NCBI GenBank assembly: GCA_017434185.1
Contig: JAFRFV010000187.1
Location: 8,035 to 72,034 of the forward strand
From: Coriobacteriales bacterium
GTDB taxonomy: Bacteria > Actinomycetota > Coriobacteriia > Coriobacteriales > RUG844
Length of the DNA stretch: 64,000 nt
Direction of reading: 5' to 3'
A program made the position numbers and the translations under genes. Numbering within the stretch: position 1 is the first letter of the stretch; the number at the start of each line of letters is the position of its first letter. This document shows, in pieces, positions 47,163 through 57,883 of this stretch. Below the pieces are notes generated by a model. The model was not told where the DNA came from and searched no databases. It worked only from the letters and a program-made list of their open reading frames with translations.

Positions 47163-47702
47163 TTGCCTTCCGATCACGGACATACTGCTGGAATCGGGAA
47201 GCGCCGCCCCCTGGGTGGGCGCTTCCTGTGCTTCGCGCTCATCGTGGCGTCGATCGTGCTCGCGGATCAGTTCAGCAAGATATGGGCCAGGGCCCACCTG
47301 GCCGGTCAAGGAAGCCAGGTGTTCATCCCCGGGCTCGTGAACCTGCAGCTCGCTTTCAACAGCGGAGCCGCGTTCTCCATGCTCTCGGGTGCCAAGTGGT
47401 TCTTCATCTGCATGGCCGTTCTCGTGACCGCCCTTATCGTCTGCTACCTGATCTTCTGGGGCAGCGGCAAGCTGATCGAGTTCATCATCTCGGCCATGGT
47501 CGTGGGCGGTGCCATCGGGAACCTGATCGATCGTATCGCCTATGGCTATGTGACCGACTTCTTCGATCTCGCTTTCATGGACTTCGCCATCTTCAACGTG
47601 GCGGACATCTTCGTGACCTGCGGTTGCATCGCATTCATCCTCATCATCCTGCTCCAGGGGAGGAAACCTGCGGAAGGGGAGGAGGGAAGCGATCATGAAT
47701 GA
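47163..47702 (+). CDS. lspA: Lipoprotein signal peptidase (signal peptidase II)
   Basis: Contains NSGAAFSM, GGAIGNLIDR and FNVADIF. The TTG start is uncertain. Confidence 0.85.
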   Translation: MPSDHGHTAGIGKRRPLGGRFLCFALIVASIVLADQFSKIWARAHLAGQGSQVFIPGLVNLQLAFNSGAAFSMLSGAKWFFICMAVLVTALIVCYLIFWGSGKLIEFIISAMVVGGAIGNLIDRIAYGYVTDFFDLAFMDFAIFNVADIFVTCGCIAFILIILLQGRKPAEGEEGSDHE

Positions 47703-48740
47703 GAAGCACATCCACATCGTGGATGACGAGGAAGCAGGTCTGCGTCTCGACTATGTGCTCGGTTCCCTGCCCGCCCTGCGTTCCCGCAGTGCCGCCTCCA
47801 AGCTCATCGATCAGGGCATGGTCACCGTCGACGGCCTGAACGTGAGCAAGAAGCATCTGCTGAGCGGTGGCGAGGTGATCGAATACGAAACCACTGAGCC
47901 AGTTCCCATGAGCTTCCCCATCGCGGAACCCATCCCGCTCGACATCCGCTTCGAGGACCAATGGCTGCTCGTGATATCCAAGCAGGCGGACCTGTGCTGC
48001 CATCCTTCCCCCGGGCATGAGACGGGTACGCTTGTGAATGCGCTCGTCGCGCACTGTGGAGCCGCCAATCTGGGCATCATGCAGGGCGAGGACCGCCCCG
48101 GCCTCGTGCATCGTCTGGATAAGGACACCAGCGGCCTCATGTTGGCTGCCAAGGACAACGAGACCCAGGCGGCGCTCCAAGCGGCCATCCGCGCCAAAGA
48201 CGTCGATCGTCGCTATCTGGCCCTGGTGCATGGCAACATCGTGCCCGACAGCGGTCTCATCGATGCGCCCATAGCACGCAGCCGCACGGTCCGCATAAAG
48301 ATGGAGATAAGCGACCGCGACAACTCCCGCGAGTCCACCACCACGTTCAAGGTGCTCGAGCGTTTCGACGCCGGTCGCTTCGACGACGGATACACGCTGC
48401 TGGAGTGCAGGCTCCACACCGGGCGTACCCATCAGATCCGCGTACACATGGACTACATCCACCATCCCTGCGTGGGCGACCAGCTCTACGGCTTCCGACG
48501 CAGCAAGGACGAGTTCGAACTCGAGCGCCAGTTCCTGCATTCCTACTACCTGGATTTCGAGCATCCGGAGACGGGGGTGCACCTTCGTTTCCTCGATCCA
48601 CTCCCGGCCGATCTCGCACAGGTGCTCGACGCTCTGTCCGATCGTTCGCGTGGGAGGACCGAGCGGGGTCTTGAGGTGTTCGAGTCGCTTGCCGGCCAAC
48701 GGCTCGACACGGACGCTTCCACGCGCTATCATCGGAACGA

Positions 48741-48747
<7 letters not shown>
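47695..48747 (+). CDS. rluD: RluA-family 23S rRNA pseudouridine synthase (RluD-like, with S4 domain)
   Basis: Contains HRLDKDTSGLML and GRTHQIRVH. Confidence 0.9.
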
Positions 48748-49463
<716 letters not shown>

Positions 49464-49470
49464 TGCACCC

Positions 49471-50400
49471 GTGAAAGCCAGGAACCTCATAACCATCCAG
49501 GATCTGGACCGCCAGGACATCATCGAGGTGCTCGACACCGCGCGTTCCTTCAAGGCGATCAACGACCGCACCATCAAGAAGCTGCCCACCTTCAGGGGGC
49601 GCACCATCATCAACCTCTTCATGGAGCCCTCCACACGCACGCGCACGAGCTTCGAGATCGCCGCCAAGCGCTTATCCGCCGACGCCATCAACATGACCGG
49701 CTCGAGCAGCTCGACCGTCAAGGGCGAGTCTCTGGCCGATACTGCCCAGACGCTCGCGGCCATGAATTGCGATCTGGTGGTCATCAGGCATCGTTATGCC
49801 GGCGCTCCCGGCATCCTGGCCAAGAACATGGACTGCCATGTGATAAACGCAGGCGACGGCAAGCACCAGCATCCCACGCAGACCCTGCTCGACCTCTTCA
49901 CCATGCGTGAGACCTTCGGGCACATCGCGGGCCTCAAGGTGGGTATCGTGGGTGACATCGTCCACTCGCGTGTTGCCGGATCACTCGCCCCCGCACTCAC
50001 CATGCTGGGTGCCGATGTGACCTTCGTGGGAGCTCCCACGCTCATGCCCTCGCGCAGTGACGTGCTGGGTGCCAAGGTCTCGTACCACTTGGACCCGGTG
50101 CTTCCAGACTTCGATGTCCTCTACATGCTGCGTGTGCAGCAGGAGCGCCTGGACAACTCCCCGTTCCCCAGTATCCGCGAGTATTCGATGCTCTATGGCA
50201 TAGACGAACGGCGTCTGGAGGCAATGAAACCCGGTGCCATCATCATGCATCCCGGTCCCATCAACCGCGGTGTCGAGCTGTCCGCCGCAGCCGCCGATTC
50301 GCCCCGCACGAAGATCCTCGACCAGGTGAACGCTGGTGTGGCGGTGCGTATGGCACTCATGTATCTCATGCTTGGAGGTGACGAGAATGCTTCTGCTTAA
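49471..50400 (+). CDS. pyrB: Aspartate carbamoyltransferase catalytic subunit
   Basis: Contains EPSTRTRTSFE, HPTQ and HPGPINRG. GTG start. Confidence 0.95.
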   Translation: MKARNLITIQDLDRQDIIEVLDTARSFKAINDRTIKKLPTFRGRTIINLFMEPSTRTRTSFEIAAKRLSADAINMTGSSSSTVKGESLADTAQTLAAMNCDLVVIRHRYAGAPGILAKNMDCHVINAGDGKHQHPTQTLLDLFTMRETFGHIAGLKVGIVGDIVHSRVAGSLAPALTMLGADVTFVGAPTLMPSRSDVLGAKVSYHLDPVLPDFDVLYMLRVQQERLDNSPFPSIREYSMLYGIDERRLEAMKPGAIIMHPGPINRGVELSAAAADSPRTKILDQVNAGVAVRMALMYLMLGGDENASA

Positions 50401-51676
50401 GGGCGCCCGACTGGTCGACCCACAACTGGGTCTCGACTCGATCGCCAACTTGCTCATCGACGGTGAGCGCATCGCAGCCGTCGGAACCGATGTCACGGCG
50501 CCGCAGGGCGCTCAGGTGCGCGATATGAGCGGCAAGGTGATCATGCCCGGTTTCATCGACGTGCATGTGCACCTGCGTGAGCCCGGACAGGAATACAAGG
50601 AGACCATCGCGACGGGTTCGCGAGCCGCCGTCAAGGGTGGCTTCGTGGGCGTCGCTCCCATGGCCAACACCAATCCCGTGTGCGATACCGGCTCAAGGGT
50701 GACCTTCCTGCTCGAGAGGGAACAGGAGGAGGCGGTGTGTCGTATCCACCCCATCGGTGCCTGCACGAAGGGCCTGAAGGGCGAGACCCTGGCCGAGATA
50801 GGCGACATGGTCGCAGCCGGCGCCGTCGCCTTCTCCGACGATGGTCGCGGTGTACAGGATGACGGCGTCATGCGCCGTGTGATGGATTACGTCAAGATGT
50901 TCGATAAGTGCGTCATGAGCCACTGCCAGCGCGAGGACCTGGTGGGAAGCGGCGTCGTGAACGAAGGTGTGGTGAGCACCCGTCTGGGCATGGCGGGGTG
51001 GCCCGCCGCCGGCGAGGAGATCCAGATCTCGCGCGATATCGCGCTCTCGAACCTCACCCGCTGCAAGCTGCATATCCAGCACATCACCACCGCCGCGGGC
51101 GTGGAGCTCGTGCAACGTGCGAAGGCGGCTGGTATCCCCGTTACCTGCGAGGTCACACCGCATCATCTCTTCCTGTGCGAGGATGACATCGGGGTCGACT
51201 ACGACACGAATCTCAAGATGAACCCACCGCTGCGTACGGCAAAGGATACGAAGGCGCTCCAAGAAGCGCTTATCCGCGGTGATATCGATTGCGTCGCCAC
51301 CGATCACGCCCCCCATGCGGCACACGAGAAGGCGCTCGAATTCGAACTCGCGCCCTTTGGCACCACGGGTCTGGAATCCGCTGTCGCCTTGCTCATGGAT
51401 CGTCTGGTGAACAGCGGGCGCATGGGCTACGACCGCCTGGTGCAGGTCCTCTCCGTCAATCCACGCAAGGTGCTCGGACTCGAGCCTCTCAGGCTCGAAG
51501 CGGGCGCCATCGCTGATCTGAGCATCGTGGACCCGAATGCGAAGCTGATCGTGGGTGAAGGTGGCTTCGAATCCAAGAGCGCCAACAGCGCCTTCCTGGG
51601 CTGGGAGCTCAGCGGTGCACCCAGCGATGTGTATGTGGGTGGCGTTGCGCGCATGATCGATGGGAAGCTGGTGTGA
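50387..51676 (+). CDS. pyrC: Dihydroorotase
   Basis: Contains GFIDVHVHLREPG and ATDHAPH. I moved the start to the ATG at 50387. Confidence 0.9.
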   Translation: MLLLKGARLVDPQLGLDSIANLLIDGERIAAVGTDVTAPQGAQVRDMSGKVIMPGFIDVHVHLREPGQEYKETIATGSRAAVKGGFVGVAPMANTNPVCDTGSRVTFLLEREQEEAVCRIHPIGACTKGLKGETLAEIGDMVAAGAVAFSDDGRGVQDDGVMRRVMDYVKMFDKCVMSHCQREDLVGSGVVNEGVVSTRLGMAGWPAAGEEIQISRDIALSNLTRCKLHIQHITTAAGVELVQRAKAAGIPVTCEVTPHHLFLCEDDIGVDYDTNLKMNPPLRTAKDTKALQEALIRGDIDCVATDHAPHAAHEKALEFELAPFGTTGLESAVALLMDRLVNSGRMGYDRLVQVLSVNPRKVLGLEPLRLEAGAIADLSIVDPNAKLIVGEGGFESKSANSAFLGWELSGAPSDVYVGGVARMIDGKLV

Positions 51677-52461
51677 GCATGGGTAAGCTCTTCGAACGTT
51701 GCAGTGTGCTCGAGAACGAAGCCGTCGCCCAGGATGTGTATTCCATCACGCTCACGTCCCCCATGGTTGCTGCGGCTCTGGAACCCGGTCAATTCGTGCA
51801 TCTGCACCTGAACAACAATGACAGCGAGATCCTCCGCCTGCCATTCTCGGTCTACGATGTGGTGCCGGAGCTGGGCGCCATCGTCATCCTCTATCAGGTC
51901 CTGGGTAACGGGACCCGGCATATGACCCGACTGCAGATGGGGGACATCTGCGACGTCATCGGGCCCATCGGCCGTGGATGGTTCCCTCCCAAGAACTGCT
52001 CGCGCGCACTGCTCGTAGGCGGCGGTCTTGGTACGGCGCCGTTGTATCTGCTCGCGAAGCAGCTCAAGGATCAAGGCGCCATCGTCGACGTGGTCATGGG
52101 CGCTGGCTGCTCGAGCCGCGTCATCTGCCGCGATACCATGGCCGCCTTCGACAGTCTGCACATCGCCACCGACGACGGCAGCGAGGGCTTCAAGGGTTTC
52201 TGCACGAGTCTGAGCAAGGACCTGCTCGCTCTGAACGACTACGACTACGTTGCGACCTGCGGTCCCGAGCCCATGCAGCGCATCGTCGCCGCACAGTGCA
52301 AGGATGCCGGTGTACCGTGTCAGGTGAGCATGGAGCGTCTCATGGCCTGCGGCGTTGGCGCCTGCCTCTCCTGCGTGCTCAAGACTACCGCCGGCCTCAA
52401 ACGATGCTGTGTGGACGGCCCCGTCTTCGACGCCATGGAGGTGATCTGGGATGCCAAGTAG
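51673..52461 (+). CDS. pyrK: Dihydroorotate dehydrogenase electron-transfer subunit
   Basis: FAD/NAD fold (LLVGGGLGTAPL) and C-terminal [2Fe-2S] cysteines (MACGVGACLSC...C). An alternative ATG lies at 51679. Confidence 0.9.
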   Translation: MSMGKLFERCSVLENEAVAQDVYSITLTSPMVAAALEPGQFVHLHLNNNDSEILRLPFSVYDVVPELGAIVILYQVLGNGTRHMTRLQMGDICDVIGPIGRGWFPPKNCSRALLVGGGLGTAPLYLLAKQLKDQGAIVDVVMGAGCSSRVICRDTMAAFDSLHIATDDGSEGFKGFCTSLSKDLLALNDYDYVATCGPEPMQRIVAAQCKDAGVPCQVSMERLMACGVGACLSCVLKTTAGLKRCCVDGPVFDAMEVIWDAK

Positions 52462-53371
52462 GATCGATCTCGCCGTGAACCTTGGCGGGTTGGCCATGGC
52501 CAATCCCGTCACGGTGTGCAGCGGCACCTTCGCCTCCGGACGTGAGTACTCCGACTTCTACAATCTGTCGCTTCTGGGTGCCGTCACCACCAAGGGCGTC
52601 TCCCTCGAACCCTGGGCTGGTAATGCCACTCCTCGCATCGCTGAGACGGCCAGCGGCATGCTCAACTCCATCGGACTGCAGAATCCCGGCGTCGAGGTGT
52701 TCTGCAGCAAGGATCTTCCCTGGCTTTCGCAACAGGGTGTTCCCATAATCGTCAACGTTTCCGGCCACAGCGTGGACGAGTACAGAGCCGTCGTGGAGCG
52801 CCTGGAGCGGGAACCCAGCGTGGGCGCCTACGAGATCAACATCTCATGTCCCAACGTGGATCACGGCGGCATGACCATCGGTACGGATCCGGTGCTTGCC
52901 GCCCAGGTGACCGCCGCCTGCAGGCAGGCCACCAAGCGTCCCCTGATCGTCAAGCTCACGCCCAACGTGACCAGTGTCGCCAGCATCGCGCAGGCGGTCG
53001 AGGCTGAAGGCGCGGATGCCATCTCCCTTATCAACACCGTCCTTGGCATGTCCATCGACGCCAAGCGCCGCAAGCCCCGTCTTGCCCGCGTGGTCGGTGG
53101 TCTCTCCGGTCCCGCCATCAAACCCATCGCCCTGCGCATGGTCTGGGAGGTCCACAAGGCGGTGCAGGTGCCGATCCTGGGTATGGGTGGCATCATGACG
53201 GGGGAGGATGCCGTCGAGTTCATGTTGGCAGGTGCGACCGCGATCGCAGTGGGAACCGCAAGTTTCGTGAATCCTGTTGCACCCATACAGGTACTTGCGG
53301 GTATCATTGGGTATTGCGAGGAACAAGGCGTCACCGACATCAATGAACTCATCGGAGGTCTTGTATGCTAG
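52451..53371 (+). CDS. pyrD: Dihydroorotate dehydrogenase (type 1B) catalytic subunit
   Basis: Contains NPVTVCSGTF, EINISCPN and GGIMTGEDAVEF. Confidence 0.95.
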   Translation: MPSRIDLAVNLGGLAMANPVTVCSGTFASGREYSDFYNLSLLGAVTTKGVSLEPWAGNATPRIAETASGMLNSIGLQNPGVEVFCSKDLPWLSQQGVPIIVNVSGHSVDEYRAVVERLEREPSVGAYEINISCPNVDHGGMTIGTDPVLAAQVTAACRQATKRPLIVKLTPNVTSVASIAQAVEAEGADAISLINTVLGMSIDAKRRKPRLARVVGGLSGPAIKPIALRMVWEVHKAVQVPILGMGGIMTGEDAVEFMLAGATAIAVGTASFVNPVAPIQVLAGIIGYCEEQGVTDINELIGGLVC

Positions 53372-54084
53372 ATAAGGACTACCGTGACCGCGTGATCGTC
53401 GCTCTGGATTGCAGTCGGGAGCGCGCACGCGAGCTCGCACGCGACCTGCAGGGTCACGCTCGTTGGCTCAAGGTTGGCATGACGCTCTACTACGCCGCCG
53501 GCCCTTCCATCGTCGACGAGTTCAAGGCACTCGGGTTCAAAGTATTCCTGGATCTCAAGTTGCATGACATCCCGCATCAGGTCCAAGGTGCCGCACGGGT
53601 GCTCGCTGCCAGCGGAGCCGACATGCTCACGATCCATGCGGGTGGTGGTCCCGCCATGGCTTCTGCCGCTGCAGGTGCGCTGCGGGAAGTACGCCCCGAT
53701 GATGCTCCCATCCTTCTGGGCGTCACTGTTCTCACCAGCATGGATGCAGCGACGCTCGAACAACTCGGTGTGAGCAGGCCGCTCGATGACCAGGTGGGCG
53801 CTCTCGCTTCGATGGCCTGTCAGGCGGGCTGTGATGGCGTCGTCTGCTCGCCGTGGGAGGCTCCGCGCATCCGCGAACTCCTGGGGCCCGATGCCGCCAT
53901 CGTCACACCCGGTGTCCGCCCCAAGGGCGCGTCGTTGGATGATCAGTCCCGTGTCATGACGCCCAGCATGGCCCTGCAGCGAGGTGCATCGCACATAGTC
54001 ATCGGTAGGCCCGTCACGGGGGCTCAGGACCCCGTGGCTGCATTCGAATCGATCGTCAAGGATATGGAGGAGGAACTCTCATGA
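53365..54084 (+). CDS. pyrF: Orotidine 5'-phosphate decarboxylase
   Basis: Contains VFLDLKLHDIP and HIVIGRPV. Confidence 0.9.
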   Translation: MLDKDYRDRVIVALDCSRERARELARDLQGHARWLKVGMTLYYAAGPSIVDEFKALGFKVFLDLKLHDIPHQVQGAARVLAASGADMLTIHAGGGPAMASAAAGALREVRPDDAPILLGVTVLTSMDAATLEQLGVSRPLDDQVGALASMACQAGCDGVVCSPWEAPRIRELLGPDAAIVTPGVRPKGASLDDQSRVMTPSMALQRGASHIVIGRPVTGAQDPVAAFESIVKDMEEELS

Positions 54085-54677
54085 GCGAACTCATGACCCA
54101 CGAGCAGATACTCGCTGCCCTCGAAGAGGTGCAGGCCGTGAGGAAGGGGCACTTCGTGCTCACCAGCGGCCGTCATTCCGACACTTACATCCAATGCGCC
54201 CGCATCCTTGAGTACCCCCGTCTCACGCGTGAGCTGGCACGTGTTGCCGTTTCCAAGCTGCCGGCGGATGCCAACATCAACCTGGTCGTCTCGCCTGCCG
54301 TGGGAGGTATCCTCTACGGCTTCGCCGTGGCGGATGTACTCGATGTCAACTTCATCTTCGCTGAACGTGAGAGCGGCACCATGGTGTTCCGTCGTAGCTT
54401 CCAGATACCGCAAGGGGCCCGTGTCTTGGTTTGTGAGGACGTTGTAACGACCGGTGGCTCCGTGAAAGAGGTCTGTAACCTTATTGAACAGGCCGGAGGC
54501 ATCGTAGTAGCGGTATCCTCTCTCATAGACCGCGGTGGTGAACGCAAGTTCAGCCATCCGTTCTATCCTCTGGTGGAGCTGCCCACTGCTTCTTGGGCGG
54601 CGGAGGATTGTCATCTTTGTGAAGCGGGGATCCCCACCTATTCCCCCGGAAGTCGTCGATTGAATGAGGCACGGTGA
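54081..54677 (+). CDS. pyrE: Orotate phosphoribosyltransferase
   Basis: Contains the PRPP motif VLVCEDVVTTGGS. Confidence 0.9.
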   Translation: MSELMTHEQILAALEEVQAVRKGHFVLTSGRHSDTYIQCARILEYPRLTRELARVAVSKLPADANINLVVSPAVGGILYGFAVADVLDVNFIFAERESGTMVFRRSFQIPQGARVLVCEDVVTTGGSVKEVCNLIEQAGGIVVAVSSLIDRGGERKFSHPFYPLVELPTASWAAEDCHLCEAGIPTYSPGSRRLNEAR

Positions 54678-54683
54678 TCAATA

Positions 54684-54992
54684 ATGGCATTGCCCAAACT
54701 GACTGAAGCGGATCGTAAGGCAGCCCTCGAGAAGGCTATGATGGTGCGCCAGGAGCGCGCCAAGATCAAGGCCCAGCTCAAGAGCGGTGAGCTTACCATG
54801 GCCCAGTTGATGGAGCAGGTTGGCGTCGAGGTCGTCGGCAAGTTCATGGTCAAGAGCCTTCTAGAGTCCATGCCCGGTATCGGCAAGGCCCGCGCCGCCA
54901 AGATCATGGAGGATCTCAACATCGCCGAGAGCCGCAACATCAAGGGTCTTGGTCCCAAGCAGCTGGAGAACCTGCTCAAGCTCTTCAAGTAG
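54684..54992 (+). CDS. mihF: Actinobacterial integration host factor mIHF
   Basis: Contains LPKLTEADRKAALEKAMMVRQERAKIKAQLKSGE and LESMPGIGKARAAKIMEDL. It sits in the conserved position before gmk-rpoZ. Confidence 0.85.
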   Translation: MALPKLTEADRKAALEKAMMVRQERAKIKAQLKSGELTMAQLMEQVGVEVVGKFMVKSLLESMPGIGKARAAKIMEDLNIAESRNIKGLGPKQLENLLKLFK

Positions 54993-55031
54993 TCCAACGT
55001 ACGTAACATCGCGAACAAGGAGGAGGACATC

Positions 55032-55598
55032 ATGGCCAGGGGAAAGCTCTTCGTGGTATCCGGTCCTTCCGGTGTGGGCAAGGGGACGTTGGTCAAGGCC
55101 CTCACCGCTGTTCGCGATGGTTATTGGCTCAGTGTGTCCGCCACCACCCGTGCTCCCCGTGAAGGGGAGCAGGATGGGGTGGATTACTTCTTCCTCAGCG
55201 AGGAGCGTTTCCAAGACCTGATCGACCAGGACGGGTTCTTGGAGTATGCGGGTGTCCACGGCAAGCACTATGGAACACCCAAGGCTCCGGTCATGGAGCA
55301 TCTCGATGCCGGCCAGAACGTGATCCTCGAGATCGATGTCCAAGGTGCCGCCATCGTGCATGCCAACATGCCCGAGTCCATCATGGTCTTCATCCAGCCG
55401 CCATCTCTCGAAGCGTTGCGCGAGCGCCTCGAGAAGCGGGGCACGGAGAGCGCTGACCAGATTTCCAAGCGCGTTGAGAATGCAAGTCTGGAGCTCATGC
55501 GCATGAACGAGTATGATGTCGTGGTCAAAAACGACAAGCTCGAGGATGCTATCAGGCTCTTCATCGCCATCTTCGACTGTTACGCCAACGCCGAGTAG
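55032..55598 (+). CDS. gmk: Guanylate kinase
   Basis: Contains GPSGVGKGT, TTRAPREGE and YGT. Confidence 0.95.
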   Translation: MARGKLFVVSGPSGVGKGTLVKALTAVRDGYWLSVSATTRAPREGEQDGVDYFFLSEERFQDLIDQDGFLEYAGVHGKHYGTPKAPVMEHLDAGQNVILEIDVQGAAIVHANMPESIMVFIQPPSLEALRERLEKRGTESADQISKRVENASLELMRMNEYDVVVKNDKLEDAIRLFIAIFDCYANAE

Positions 55599-55610
55599 GA
55601 AAGAGTACAG

Positions 55611-55868
55611 ATGTCCGTTGTCAATCCAGAGATCGACGAGCTGCTGGAGCACACCGAGAACGACAAGTTCCTCCTGTGCGCTATCGCCAGCAAGCGTGCT
55701 CGCGATATCAACGATATGATGCGTGGCCAGCGCGATCGCGCTCTGGCCCTCCAGTCCGTCAGCGAGATCGCCAAGATCGCGGGCCGCAAGCCCCTCTCCC
55801 TTGCCATGGAAGAGATCGCTCGAGGCGAGGTCTCCTACGACAGCAGCTCATTCCACGAGCAGGATTAG
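55611..55868 (+). CDS. rpoZ: DNA-directed RNA polymerase subunit omega
   Basis: 85 aa containing NKFLLCAIASKRARDIN. It follows gmk. Confidence 0.9.
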   Translation: MSVVNPEIDELLEHTENDKFLLCAIASKRARDINDMMRGQRDRALALQSVSEIAKIAGRKPLSLAMEEIARGEVSYDSSSFHEQD

Positions 55869-55874
55869 CGCATC

Positions 55875-57068
55875 ATGGCCTCCCAGAGGCTCTGCTTCAT
55901 CCATTACCATGAGCTGGGGCTCAAGGGCCGCAACAGGCTGGCCTTCGAGCGTGCGCTCATGGACAACATCGACCGCAACTTGGCCGGATATCAGGTGGAT
56001 AAGGTCCGCCGGATCTCCGGCCATCTTGTTGTCGATATCGATGACGGCGATGACATCCAAGCGGTTGCCGCGGCCATCGCTGCCACACCCGGTGTAGCGA
56101 AGGTATCGCTCGCCTGGCGCTGCGACCGCGACATCCAGGAGATGGGCCGGACCGCCTGCCTCGCCCTTGCGGAATGCGAACCGTATCAGACCTTCAAGGC
56201 GAGCTGCAGACGTTCCAACACCGATTTCCCCATCGACTCCATGGAGCTCAACCAGCTCATGGGAGAAGCGCTCTGCGCATTCGCCCCCAACAAGCAGGTC
56301 AAGATGAAGGATCCGGATGTGACGGTGAACGTCTGGGTCATCCAGGGTTCCGCCTACATCTTCGCCCGTGCGCTGCAGGGCGTGGGAGGCCTGCCCGTTG
56401 GAACAGGCGGTCGAGTGGTCACACTGCTCTCCGCCGGTATCGATTCACCCGTGGCGACCTGGCGCATTGTGAAGCGCGGGGCCGTGGCTATCTGTGTCCA
56501 CTTCTCCGGTCGTCCTCAAACGTCCGATTCGAGCGAGTATCTGGTGCGTGACATCATCGACGCCCTCGCACCCGCTGGCGGAATCGCACGTCTCTACGTG
56601 ATCCCCTTCGGCGATTACCAACGTGCGATCGCTGCCCGATGCCCCGGCAAGCTGCGTGTGATCATGTACCGCAGGCTCATGTTCGCCGTAGCCCAACGCA
56701 TCGCTTCCATCGAAGAGGCCAAGGCGCTCGTCACAGGGGAGAGTCTGGGCCAAGTCGCTTCCCAGACCCTCGACAACATCTGGGCTACCGATGACGCCGT
56801 CGACATGCCCGTCCTGCGCCCACTCATCGGTTCCGACAAACAGGAGATCATCCGCGAGGCCAAGGCACTGGGTACCTACGAGATCTCGATCCAGAACCAG
56901 TCCGATTGCTGTACGCTCTTCATGCCCCGCAACCCGGAGACCCATGCGGACCTTCGCGAAGTGCGTGAGGCTTGGTCACAGCTGCCCACCGATGAATGGA
57001 TCGAGAGCATCGTGCAGGATGCCGAGATCACTGTCTTCGATTGCCTCGGTTATCGCATGAGGCACTGA
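55875..57068 (+). CDS. thiI: tRNA 4-thiouridine(8) synthase ThiI (no rhodanese domain)
   Basis: Ferredoxin-like and THUMP N-terminal region, the PP-loop LSAGIDSPVA, and GESLGQVASQT. Confidence 0.9.
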   Translation: MASQRLCFIHYHELGLKGRNRLAFERALMDNIDRNLAGYQVDKVRRISGHLVVDIDDGDDIQAVAAAIAATPGVAKVSLAWRCDRDIQEMGRTACLALAECEPYQTFKASCRRSNTDFPIDSMELNQLMGEALCAFAPNKQVKMKDPDVTVNVWVIQGSAYIFARALQGVGGLPVGTGGRVVTLLSAGIDSPVATWRIVKRGAVAICVHFSGRPQTSDSSEYLVRDIIDALAPAGGIARLYVIPFGDYQRAIAARCPGKLRVIMYRRLMFAVAQRIASIEEAKALVTGESLGQVASQTLDNIWATDDAVDMPVLRPLIGSDKQEIIREAKALGTYEISIQNQSDCCTLFMPRNPETHADLREVREAWSQLPTDEWIESIVQDAEITVFDCLGYRMRH

Positions 57069-57235
57069 TCCAGTTCGATCATCTGCTTTCTTGCCGTTCA
57101 CGGAGAAGACTTTTAAGACTGGGATCAGATTCAGGTTGGAAACAACCCTCTTCGGATTCAGATCCTTCGTGATTATTTTCAGACCGCATCCGTATCATCG
57201 TCTTCGAATGGCTGTTGATGCGGAGGGTGGTCGTT

Positions 57236-57883
57236 ATGTCACAGAAGAGACATGAGCGCTTGGGCGCCGTTGAACGTTTTCTCAGGAGAACGGGAATCTA
57301 CCAGGTGGACAGGAAGCTCCTGCTCGCATTCGCGCTCCTCTCATGTGTGCTCGTCGTCATCCTGCTGCTCCGTTTCTGGCCTGCTACAGCCTTGGAACCG
57401 GAGGAGCGGATGGAGCTTCCCGAGGATGAATGGACAACCGCTCCTTTCGAACAGGAACGGGAACAGGAGCGGATGGTCGTTTGTGTGAGCGGGGAGGTGC
57501 GGAGTCCGGGTGTCTACGAACTCCCGCAGGGAAGTCGCATCATCGATCTGATCGATGCGGCGGGCGGTTTCACGCAGGATGCGAATACGACGCAGATCAA
57601 CCTGGCGCGCCCCCTCCAGGATGCGGAACTCATCTGGGTGCCGAGTTCGCAGGCCGAGACCGGAACCGGTGTACAGGCGCCCAGCGCCGCATCTCCCATC
57701 AACATCAACACAGCTGATGAGACAACGCTTCAGACCCTGCCCGGTGTAGGGGAGGCGACCGCCCGGAAGATAGTCGCGGATAGACAGAAGAACGGTCCCT
57801 TCAAGAGCAAGGAGGATATCCAGAGGGTACCGGGCATAGGCAGTGCCAAGTTCGCGCAGATAGAGGACATGATCTGTGTCTGA
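57236..57883 (+). CDS. comEA: ComEA-family DNA-binding competence protein
   Basis: N-terminal TM helix, a SLBB-like segment (VSGEVRSPGVYELPQGSRIIDLI) and a C-terminal HhH pair (INTADETTLQTLPGVGEATARKIV...VPGIGSAKF). The ATG at 57236 follows GGAGGG. Confidence 0.85.
   Translation: MSQKRHERLGAVERFLRRTGIYQVDRKLLLAFALLSCVLVVILLLRFWPATALEPEERMELPEDEWTTAPFEQEREQERMVVCVSGEVRSPGVYELPQGSRIIDLIDAAGGFTQDANTTQINLARPLQDAELIWVPSSQAETGTGVQAPSAASPININTADETTLQTLPGVGEATARKIVADRQKNGPFKSKEDIQRVPGIGSAKFAQIEDMICV

Noticed and set aside
44589-47717. 1042-aa ORF antisense to ileS and lspA, the longest ORF in the track.
   Set aside because: ileS on the plus strand has HIGH and KMSKS motifs and a T-box leader. The antisense translation is low-complexity and has no recognisable domain, so I treat it as a shadow ORF.
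57069-57214. Relatively AT-rich 146-nt gap between thiI and comEA with short GATTCAG-type repeats.
   Set aside because: The repeats are short and imperfect and form no stable hairpin or known motif. The gap is most simply a promoter region for comEA-comEC-holA.
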